From positions 1 to 64,000 of the IMG/VR virus record IMGVR_UViG_3300010167_000004: a stretch of 64,000 bases of DNA; one strand, 5' to 3'. A program made the translations under genes and the position numbers. The notes beneath the pieces were generated by a model, which searched no databases, was not told the DNA's origin, and saw only the letters and a list, made by a program, of their open reading frames with translations. Source of the stretch: a virus. Shown piece by piece: positions 51,535 through 60,000 of this stretch (its first letter is position 1; each line of letters opens with the position of its first letter).

Positions 51535-51738
51535 ATGAATAAACCAAATGCAATCACATTACAGGAAGCTCTTGAAAAGGTGAATCGTTGCTATGACATG
51601 CAGAGCAACGAAAAGAATGAGTGCTTTGAACATGGACTCGGACATGGAACATGTGCGGCATGTGTTCATTATGTATCGGCTGGTACAGCATGGATGATGC
51701 TAGCAGCTATGGGCAAGACATCTATCGCTGCGAGGTGA
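51535..51738 (+). CDS. small Cys/His-containing protein
   Basis: 67 aa, SD AAGGAG. Confidence 0.6.
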   Translation: MNKPNAITLQEALEKVNRCYDMQSNEKNECFEHGLGHGTCAACVHYVSAGTAWMMLAAMGKTSIAAR

Positions 51739-51741
51739 TAT

Positions 51742-52095
51742 ATGTCTGTATCCACAGCACGTAATCAGAAGGGCTTCTCACGAGAGGTCTTTGCACGGCG
51801 GTTAAAAATAGCACGACTCGCACGTAACCTTACGCAAGAACAGTTAGGACGTAAAGCGGGTCTACAAGCATCAAGTGTATGCAAGTTTGAGAGCGCAGAT
51901 AGAGAGCCTACAGTGGTTAATCTTTATGCGCTGGCTATTGCATTATGTGTAACAGTGGATTACCTAGTAGGTAATGTTCCTAATGAATCAAATATGACAT
52001 TCAAAGATTTAACAGATAAGGACATTTGTATCATTGAGCGTATGCGAGAGTTTATGCTTGAATATAATAAAGAGGAGAAGGAAGAAAATGGCTGA
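51742..52095 (+). CDS. XRE-family helix-turn-helix transcriptional regulator
   Basis: LTQEQLGRKAGLQASSVCKFESADREPTVVNLYALAIAL. SD GAGGTGAT. Confidence 0.8.
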   Translation: MSVSTARNQKGFSREVFARRLKIARLARNLTQEQLGRKAGLQASSVCKFESADREPTVVNLYALAIALCVTVDYLVGNVPNESNMTFKDLTDKDICIIERMREFMLEYNKEEKEENG

Positions 52096-52477
52096 TGTAA
52101 ATTGTATGGTATTAACGGGACGATTGGTACGGGACGCAGAATTAAAAACATTCCCAAGCGGGACAGCGTTTCTATCATTCAGTATAGCAAACAACACAGG
52201 GTATGGGAATTACGCCAAGGTGAGTTACTTTAATTGTAAGCTCATTGGTAAAGGGGCAGAGGCATTAACCAAGTATATGCTGAAAGGCCAGTTGGTTGGA
52301 TTCTCTGGTGAATTAACAGCAAATGATTGGACGGGCAAAGATGGTACTAAACACCATGATTGGGAATTAACCACTATGAGTGTTAAACTACTAGGCGGTA
52401 AGAAAGAAACTACCACCCCGTCACATACTGATAATCCACCAATGCACGATGAAATACCCGAAGATATTACATTCTAA
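52088..52477 (+). CDS. ssb: single-stranded DNA-binding protein (canonical, with an acidic C-terminal tip)
   Basis: NCMVLTGRLVRDAELK...VSYFNCKLIGKGAE...FSGELTANDW. The C-terminus is EIPEDITF, like bacterial DDDIPF. Confidence 0.85.
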   Translation: MADVNCMVLTGRLVRDAELKTFPSGTAFLSFSIANNTGYGNYAKVSYFNCKLIGKGAEALTKYMLKGQLVGFSGELTANDWTGKDGTKHHDWELTTMSVKLLGGKKETTTPSHTDNPPMHDEIPEDITF

Positions 52478-52665
52478 TGTATGTGAAGTTGCGTCATATA
52501 GGATCTTCCCCCGCACGGGGTACAGATATATACTGCTATCAAGCAGTCACAGAGGACGGCAGGGATTTTATTTTCTATGACAGTATGTTATTGAAGGAGA
52601 AAGAAATTATCATGGACGACAAAGTTATTGAGATCTATCTTAAATCGCTAGAGGGAGGGGATTGA
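52477..52665 (+). CDS. hypothetical protein
   Basis: 62 aa, TAATG overlap. Confidence 0.5.
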   Translation: MYVKLRHIGSSPARGTDIYCYQAVTEDGRDFIFYDSMLLKEKEIIMDDKVIEIYLKSLEGGD

Positions 52666-52666
52666 T

Positions 52667-52948
52667 ATGGCGGCAGGAATTACAATCTATTTTCCAGACG
52701 GGCCACACACATTCATTACAGGGCAAACATCGTATGGTTGGGGAGCCAATGATGGTACAGTAACAGACATCGTTACGTTTGAAGAAGCCTCACCTGATTG
52801 TGTTGTGCGATTCTCCGATGGGACAGAATCACGGATCAATGGATTTCCATACGTCTATATCTCTGAAACAGAATACGAGCAGCCTGAACTAAACATGAAT
52901 ATGGAATCACAAAATGATGGAGAGGGAGAACCTAAAGGCTCTAGCTAA
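52667..52948 (+). CDS. hypothetical protein
   Basis: 93 aa, SD GGGAGGGG. Confidence 0.65.
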   Translation: MAAGITIYFPDGPHTFITGQTSYGWGANDGTVTDIVTFEEASPDCVVRFSDGTESRINGFPYVYISETEYEQPELNMNMESQNDGEGEPKGSS

Positions 52949-53111
52949 AGCGGTTATGACTCAATGGGTTAAAGATGGTCAACCTGATGACTTTGATAAT
53001 CGTGATATGTACGAGTGCTTATTAGGTATAGATGACGCAAAAAATACCCTCCCCGCTATGGGGGAGGGTTCATCACATCTGCGGAGTAACGAAACAGATG
53101 GGATTAACTAA
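52914..53111 (+). CDS. hypothetical protein, last plus-strand gene
   Basis: 65 aa. Its 3' part runs through the minus-strand terminator hairpin and overlaps the convergent gene by 8 nt. Confidence 0.45.
   Translation: MMERENLKALAKAVMTQWVKDGQPDDFDNRDMYECLLGIDDAKNTLPAMGEGSSHLRSNETDGIN
53038..53069 (-). terminator. intrinsic terminator of the late (minus) operon
   Basis: On the minus strand, ACCCTCCCC-loop-GGGGAGGGT (9-bp GC stem at 53046-53069) is followed by ATTTTTTG. It lies 35 nt after the last minus-strand stop. Confidence 0.75.
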
Positions 53112-53508
53112 ACAAACGGTAGCTGTCTACCGAATACAACGCCGCCGCAGGGCGGTTAGGATTCATTGAATCCCACCTCTCACCATCTTCTTCTAAGACG
53201 AAATGCCCATGCCCCGGACGTTTAATATAAACTACGCATATACCTTCTTTCGGCATCTCCCCTGATTTACATACTGATCTGAATACATTCCGTCCAATAC
53301 AATGATTAAGTATCGCAACAGGATTGATAATGAAGCAATCTTCCTCTATCCATCCCTTCGATAAACAATAATCAAAGATTGGTATTATTTCACGATCCAT
53401 CACAGGCTCATCGGTAATACGCTCTGACCATTCAAGCAAGCAGAAAAAATAACACCCGTATTCTTGCAGCATAGAATCTGGAAAATCATCTTGAATACCT
53501 TGCCTCAT
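53104..53508 (-). CDS. papain-fold (C39-like) cysteine-peptidase-like protein; candidate endolysin
   Basis: 134 aa with EYGCYFFCLLEW (candidate Cys) and RPGHGHFVLEE (candidate His). SD GTGAGG. It is the last gene of the late operon, next to membrane proteins. Confidence 0.4.
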   Translation of the reverse strand: MRQGIQDDFPDSMLQEYGCYFFCLLEWSERITDEPVMDREIIPIFDYCLSKGWIEEDCFIINPVAILNHCIGRNVFRSVCKSGEMPKEGICVVYIKRPGHGHFVLEEDGERWDSMNPNRPAAALYSVDSYRLFS

Positions 53509-53520
53509 ATTATTACCTCA

Positions 53521-53976
53521 CTATAAAAGTGTATGTACCCATTTCGGACATAGATTAAAGATCCATTTTGTCTTAGGGATGACGCCTAATATCAACATTA
53601 TTATCTTCAATGATGTCCACACGATCAAGATAGTCCACAATGTATTCTGGATTTTCTGTGAGCGTGCTAATTGTATCTCTAAGTTGATCAATTTCGTTGA
53701 GTAATCCGTTAGCAAATTCAACGAGTCTGTGAATTGTTGTTCCAAGATCGTGAACTGTTCCCGTGATGACTTCCAATTCACTTCCAAATCTTGATTGGAT
53801 TCTTTCAAGATCGCTATTGATTTGTTCAATTCGTCCAACTGCAATGTAGCCTGTTCTGCTAACATTGACAATATCTGACGCTGATCCGACTGTTCCTGTT
53901 GTGGTGCAGCTTGTGATACAAGCAATAACAAGCACAATAATACCGCACACAAAAGCCATGATTTTTTTAGACACAT
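53521..53976 (-). CDS. signal/TM + coiled-coil + C-terminal TM protein (spanin-like), frame A
   Basis: CAGGAGGAGGACA sits immediately upstream of the ATG at 53976 (MCLKKSWLLCAVLLCLLLLVSQAAP...). The C-terminus is LWTILIVWTSLKIIMLILGVI. Confidence 0.55.
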   Translation of the reverse strand: MCLKKSWLLCAVLLCLLLLVSQAAPQQEQSDQRQILSMLAEQATLQLDELNKSIAILKESNQDLEVNWKSSREQFTILEQQFTDSLNLLTDYSTKLINLEIQLARSQKIQNTLWTILIVWTSLKIIMLILGVIPKTKWIFNLCPKWVHTLL

Positions 53977-54001
53977 TGTCCTCCTCCTGACTGGTTGACA
54001 T
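53573..54001 (-). CDS. alternative-frame ORF encoding a lipoprotein-like product, frame B (embedded in frame A)
   Basis: SKKIMAFVCGIIVLVIACITSC is a lipoprotein-type signal with lipobox ITSC, followed by a D/E-rich helical region. No SD at 54001. Confidence 0.35.
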   Translation of the reverse strand: MSTSQEEDNVSKKIMAFVCGIIVLVIACITSCTTTGTVGSASDIVNVSRTGYIAVGRIEQINSDLERIQSRFGSELEVITGTVHDLGTTIHRLVEFANGLLNEIDQLRDTISTLTENPEYIVDYLDRVDIIEDNNVDIRRHP

Positions 54002-54017
54002 TTATATACAGAATGAT

Positions 54018-55040
54018 TTACCACCATTCAATACGCACATATCCATTACCTCCATATCCGCCATGTCCACCTATACCACCTCTACCTCCACCACCACCGC
54101 CACCACCGCCTCCTGCACCTCTATATCCATCTGTACCATTACTACCATCTATTTGAAAAGGCCAACCCATTTGCGCCCTTAGCCCACAACGTCCACCATT
54201 CCCCGGTATACCAAATACACCAAATGCATCATTAAACTTTGCACTACACGAGCCACCACCTCCACCACCTCCACCACTACCACGTGCGTCTGATACACCA
54301 CTATCTATATATACTTGTCCACCTCCACCAGCTTGCCCTCCCATTGTTGTTAGACCAATAGAAAATCCGTTCTCACCATCCCCACCAATATAATTTGACC
54401 CACCAGAAGTAGAATACTTACCCCCGCCACCACTATTACCACCACGCCCCGCAGACGAGTATTCACCATCACCACCACCCGCACCACCATAAGATCCGCC
54501 AGAAGGATTCGTGCTGCCACCATTACCGCCATTACCACCCGGTTCTCCACCAAATAAAAAAGTAAGATAAGGATAACCAGTTTGATAACTTAGATATGTA
54601 GGATCACCGGGATAAGAATATAAGTTATCAAATCTACCCCCTGCGCCAACTTTAATAAATATAGTTTGATTTGGGATGACATCTAATATAGTATCAACAT
54701 ACCCACCGCCACCACCTCCAGCACCTCCAGATCCACCTGTGGTATCTCCCCCAGTGCCACCCCCTGTACCACCACGTCCACCAGCGCCGCCGCCAGCAGA
54801 TGCCACAACTCTAATTTTGGTTACATTTGATGGAACGATCCATTCATAACTATCGGGTACAACCCATTCTAGTTTATGTAATGGGAATATCGACTTTGCT
54901 TTATTATCTACACCTACATATGCTTTTACAACAGTCTTTGCTTTATCATGGACATTTGCATATATACGGGAAATCTTTTTAGATAAGTTAACATCATTGC
55001 CAGTTAAAATAGACACATCGCTATCCTTATATCGGTACAC
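54018..55040 (-). CDS. glycine-rich-domain tail protein, paralog of 55027-56175
   Basis: GTG start. The N-terminal SRIYANVHDKAK..YVGVDNKAK is shared with its paralog. WIVPSNVTKIRVVASAGGGAGGRGG is followed by long Gly runs. Confidence 0.8.
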   Translation of the reverse strand: MYRYKDSDVSILTGNDVNLSKKISRIYANVHDKAKTVVKAYVGVDNKAKSIFPLHKLEWVVPDSYEWIVPSNVTKIRVVASAGGGAGGRGGTGGGTGGDTTGGSGGAGGGGGGYVDTILDVIPNQTIFIKVGAGGRFDNLYSYPGDPTYLSYQTGYPYLTFLFGGEPGGNGGNGGSTNPSGGSYGGAGGGDGEYSSAGRGGNSGGGGKYSTSGGSNYIGGDGENGFSIGLTTMGGQAGGGGQVYIDSGVSDARGSGGGGGGGGSCSAKFNDAFGVFGIPGNGGRCGLRAQMGWPFQIDGSNGTDGYRGAGGGGGGGGGGRGGIGGHGGYGGNGYVRIEWW

Positions 55041-56175
55041 CTATCCATTCAAATATGATCACACCATCAGCCCCATCACCACCATTAGATCCTGTATTCG
55101 TTCCAGAAGCACTACGTCCACCTGAACCACCAGCACCACCGCCCCCCGCTCCCCAACACTCCTTATCTGCTGGAAACCCCGGTGACATTTGCGCACCATG
55201 ACTAGGGCCAGCGTCAGTACCCCTATTACCATCACCAGCTCTTGGAAAATCGGCTATCACTAAACTACGATCTTTATTACCCCATTTGTTAATATCATAA
55301 AACCAACGCAGAATAGTGACAGGACTCATCCCTCCACCACCCCCGCCTCCACCACTACCCCTATTACCTCCGTAATCATACCCGCACATTCCACCTTTAC
55401 CTACAACAAGACCATCACTTGCTAGTATATGCTCATTTAATGGATCGAGATAATACTCCCCGTTATCTCCATATAGCTGCAGGGCTGGATTTAGATTAAA
55501 CGCATTATTATAGATGAAATTATTACGTCTTGGCCCACCATGCCCACCTAATAATGAACCACCTGTACTAGAGTCTACACTTGGTAAATTTGGTATAAAA
55601 CTACTTCCACCTTCTATCCTATTAGGTGCAGCCCAATTACTATTCACATTAACGAGGCCGGGATTACCACCGCCGCCACCATCAAGAGCAAGGATAAGGA
55701 TTTCATCATACATTGGCCCATTCTGTTGGATTAAATCAATGGACGTATATCCACCATTTGATCCACCTGTTCCATTACCAGATCCTCCCGGATGAACGCC
55801 GCCTCTACCACCAAATCCAACTCTCATTGAGAGTTGCTGCCCCGGCTCAAAATGATATAACTTTCTAAATACCCATGAGCCAGAACTGCCACCAGCACCG
55901 CCTCCACCACCATAGTATGAGCTGCCTTCACCACCGCCAGATCCACCACCCCCTCCTCCACCTATAGCAGTAATCCATATATTAGAAATACCCAAAGGTA
56001 CTGTCCAATAATGATTACCAATATCAAACATAACGCTATTAAGAGGAGCTATTCTTTTTGCTTTATTATCTACACCAACGTACACATTAGATATTCGTTT
56101 AGCTTTATCGTGAATGTTTGCATATATACGAGAAACATGTTTTGTGAAATTGTCCTCGCCAATTAAAATAGGCAT
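55027..56175 (-). CDS. glycine-rich-domain tail protein, paralog of 54018-55040
   Basis: 382 aa with WTVPLGISNIWITAIGGGGGGGSGGG and multiple Gly runs. Confidence 0.8.
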   Translation of the reverse strand: MPILIGEDNFTKHVSRIYANIHDKAKRISNVYVGVDNKAKRIAPLNSVMFDIGNHYWTVPLGISNIWITAIGGGGGGGSGGGEGSSYYGGGGGAGGSSGSWVFRKLYHFEPGQQLSMRVGFGGRGGVHPGGSGNGTGGSNGGYTSIDLIQQNGPMYDEILILALDGGGGGNPGLVNVNSNWAAPNRIEGGSSFIPNLPSVDSSTGGSLLGGHGGPRRNNFIYNNAFNLNPALQLYGDNGEYYLDPLNEHILASDGLVVGKGGMCGYDYGGNRGSGGGGGGGGMSPVTILRWFYDINKWGNKDRSLVIADFPRAGDGNRGTDAGPSHGAQMSPGFPADKECWGAGGGGAGGSGGRSASGTNTGSNGGDGADGVIIFEWIGVPI

Positions 56176-56178
56176 GCA

Positions 56179-57090
56179 CTAATCGTCCTCATATACAAAT
56201 AAAAGTGTACCCGTTGTTAAAGGTGAATTGACACCGGGATCGGTAGATTGAATAATAATAGGCGGCATCTTCTCCAAGAACGCATATGGATTTGGTATCA
56301 TAGGTATAAAATAACAACCAATTATTCTAGTAAGAATCGTTCCAGAACCTCCTGTATAACCAACTGTAATAGACACTACATCATCCTTTTTAACTGGCAT
56401 AATAGTGCTTATATCTATAAGTTGATTTAGATTGTCCATAATAGAAGAAGCCATCAATTTCCCATTAATAAGTATGGACGCATATATAAATACATTGGAT
56501 GATAAAGATACCAATACTGCTACATACCCATTCTTTTCAACTGTCCATGATCCACCATTAGTACCATTAATCCGATTTACACTCTCCATGTTTGTATAAT
56601 CAGGAGGTCTCATCATCAATGCTTCTGGTATCTTATATGCAGGTAAGCCCGTAACATCATTCACCCATTTGATCGGAACAAAATAACAACCAGACCATTT
56701 CAAGTTATTAGCAGTTGCATTAGTGACGAAAGGATCACGAGTCCAATCTGCCGGAGCGGGTGCGCCATTAGTAGATAACGTAATAATATCATTAACTTGG
56801 ACAGGTACTAATGTCTCTTGTGTCCAACCAGCCGCCACTGTTGTTATACCTGTATATACAATAATATCATTCTTCTTGACTATACATGTATTACCAACAG
56901 CAGCACCACTAATGCTGCAACGTACAAATCCATCATGCTCAACTTTCCATGATCCATTATTCGCTGTTATTTTGTTTTGCTTATGATATTCAGCATAGTT
57001 AGGTATAGCCCTATAGACATCATTAGATACTAATTGAGACATATCTTCCGGGTTTTCGCCGTGTTTTACAAATACATGTGTACGTTCCAT
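56179..57090 (-). CDS. tail-fibre tip-like protein with an internal tandem duplication
   Basis: NNGSWKVEHDGFVRCSIS...VKKNDIIVYT...GCYFVPIKW is repeated as NGGSWTVEKNGYVAVLVS...VKKDDVVSIT...GCYFIPMIP. SD GAGGAG. Confidence 0.7.
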   Translation of the reverse strand: MERTHVFVKHGENPEDMSQLVSNDVYRAIPNYAEYHKQNKITANNGSWKVEHDGFVRCSISGAAVGNTCIVKKNDIIVYTGITTVAAGWTQETLVPVQVNDIITLSTNGAPAPADWTRDPFVTNATANNLKWSGCYFVPIKWVNDVTGLPAYKIPEALMMRPPDYTNMESVNRINGTNGGSWTVEKNGYVAVLVSLSSNVFIYASILINGKLMASSIMDNLNQLIDISTIMPVKKDDVVSITVGYTGGSGTILTRIIGCYFIPMIPNPYAFLEKMPPIIIQSTDPGVNSPLTTGTLLFVYEDD

Positions 57091-57097
57091 AAATATA

Positions 57098-60000
57098 TTA
57101 CTCCTCTGATCCTGTAGGTATCAGTATAAGATCCCCGATATTATAGTTTTTCCAATTATCGCTTACAGTTAACATATCATTAACAATATGTGTCCTTGTT
57201 TGTGGGATTAACACCTGATAATCTTCGGATGAATCATCACCTGTTTTAACATACATCTTATCAATCTCATTCGATTTTTCTATATGTGTTTCAATAATAG
57301 TTTCTGTCCACGCTGGCGTAAATTGTGCAGATGTCCTTAATATATTATCAGTAGTGCCTGACAAACTTCCACCAGCTAATATAACAAATTGTTTAGCAAC
57401 CTCATCATATCCAACAATCGCAATACCAGATGAAGTAGCGAGTGGAATCGGTACATCAGTCCATGTTTCAAGGTCAGAAGATATACATAGATATACTTTT
57501 TCATTATAATTAGATTTAACGAATACAAATAATCCATTGCCATAACAAAATGATCTATAGTCTATCTCTTTAGAAGGCATACCGTAAGACCAATTAATAC
57601 CATCAATAGATACCATTATCAGAGGATATGCTGAACCAGCTTCTGCAATCGCTACAAATAAACCTAGTATATCAATATACTGTACTTTATTCCAATGTCC
57701 TATTATACTCGTTCTATTTGTCCATGTAATTCCATCAGGTGATGTCTTAACATAATATGTAGGCGTACCTACACCGGGCAAAGGAGATGACACCGCAACA
57801 AATAATTGTCTTGCTTGACTCCAACAGATTGAATTCCAACCGTTAGTGGTAGTAGTAGATGATGTACGAGAAGTCCATGTTTCTCCATCTACAGATGTAA
57901 ATATAGCCCCTGTTCCTCTTGCAATCGCCACGAATATACCAGTACCAGCACTACCATAACAAACAATCCATAGTGCATTATAGATAGCCGCATTATTAGT
58001 TTCACTTGTAAGCCATCCACCTCCACCACGTGAGTATGCGAAACTTCTATAAGACTGTCCGGGAAATGAACCAAGTCCAGTAGAGGCTATAGTTATATCA
58101 TTTGATGGAAAACGACCTGAACATATTGAATTCCAACCACTATTCTCAAGAGGTTTAAGAGCTACATAATCAGGATTAGATATGAGATCTGGATTATGAG
58201 TTATCTCTAATACATTCATATAGTCAGATGAATTTGTTCGTACAGCCTTTATCATACCTCTAGTATCCCATGTTCCATTATAACTAAAGCAGACGGCTCT
58301 CCATGTAGCAGATACACCAGATGATAAAAAGGTCATGTCATTTAACTCCGCCTCATGGTATACGTACCTACGAGTTACCGTAGTCCGTGGAAGTGATACA
58401 GGGATTACATCTCCAATCTTAAACTTATCCCAATCATCTTTTACAATTTGCTCATCGGTATATCCCAAATGAACTTTAGCACCACCCGATATAATTTGAT
58501 AATCGGTCAAAGGATCAGAGCCCGTACGAATATAACACTCAACATCTTTAGAAACAATTTTTTCTATTTGTGGTGGAGTGTACGTAGCATCAATATATGC
58601 CATTACTTGAGGTGTGCCTAATGATCCTCCATAAGACGATGCAATAAATATATTATCTTTGAAATACTGCAAACTTTGCCATTGACTCGTATTAACACCA
58701 TTATTCAACTCAAGGAGAGGTATCCATATATTCCCATGATCTAATGAGTATACTAACTTATACAAACTTTCAATAGGATTATGAAGAAGCCCTACAAATC
58801 TTCCACCATCATAACTAATATGTTCCCACGTACCCTCTACGGATGACGATAATACATTTACCCAAGTTAAACCAGAATCAGTAGACATAATAAGATGGTC
58901 ACTGGGTGTGATCACACCTTTAGATATGATGACCCATACGCCATCACCATAGTTAATTTTACGACATACGGAACCACTAGGAACATCTATAACATTCCAA
59001 TTAATACCATCTTCTGATCTTATAATTTGAGGTATATCACTCATAGCAGTAGCTATGAATACACCGTCCCCATATGCTATATGAAGCCAAACATCCGTCT
59101 CATGATCAAATACTTCTGTCACCGTCCAAGTTTCAGCGTTAGTAGAATACATAATACTGCCATCAAGGGATACCGCCACAAACATTCCATTACCATAACA
59201 TATAGCTTGCCACGGATGCTCAAGTAATGGATCAGGATCTACATAATACCAATCAATACCGTCAGTAGAATATGCTACATATCCTTGCGGATCATCACCC
59301 GCATTAACTGCTACATATTTACCATTACCGTAACAGATAGATGTCCATTTATCAGTAGCCGAAGGATCACTAATATAACTTGGAATCCAATGTTTCCCAT
59401 CAACAGATAGTAACAATGCCCCAGTACTAGATAAAGCCATAAGTAATGTATCATTATCGGAACATAATTTAACTATAGGTAATGCGCCAATATCATCCAA
59501 GAAAATAATTTCGCCATTTTGTGCCGGATGCTCAATAGTCCTAACCTGTGGGATTGAAATTATGTCACCATCTTTGAATGTAGCCCAATCGATACGCATA
59601 GATTCAACATCGGTGTATTCATAATGGACACCAGCACCAACTTCTATATCGCCTTCAACCAATACCTTTTTATCATTAAATGTAAATCCATCCTCATGAT
59701 CAGAATAAGCAGCAATACCTTTTGGGCTTACATGTACTGACGAAATCTCAACAACATCCGAATCATCTTTAGTTAACGACTGTATATCAACTGACGACTC
59801 ATTTACTTCGACTTTATTTTCATGGTATGTTATCGGGCCATATTCAAAATCAATTTTATGAATTAACGAGACTTGATCGTCTGTGTTATTAACTTGGGTG
59901 ACACCTTTACCCTCATTAACATGTGTGTATATAGACTCACGAGGTACAAAATTATCAGGATTCAAACCACCACTACCAACGGTTACACCAGTATCGAAAT

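Noticed and set aside
51742-52095. Inferring a temperate lifestyle from the XRE regulator
   Set aside because: There is no integrase, excisionase, CI/Cro divergent pair or att site in the window. XRE-type regulators are common in virulent phages.
55514-55795. Plus-strand Pro-rich ORFs opposite the Gly-rich genes (also 54350-54553, 62513-62713, 4197-4598, 5302-6069)
   Set aside because: GGN codons read antisense as NCC (Pro/Ser/Thr). These are typical shadow ORFs with no SD, each nested in a long well-supported gene.
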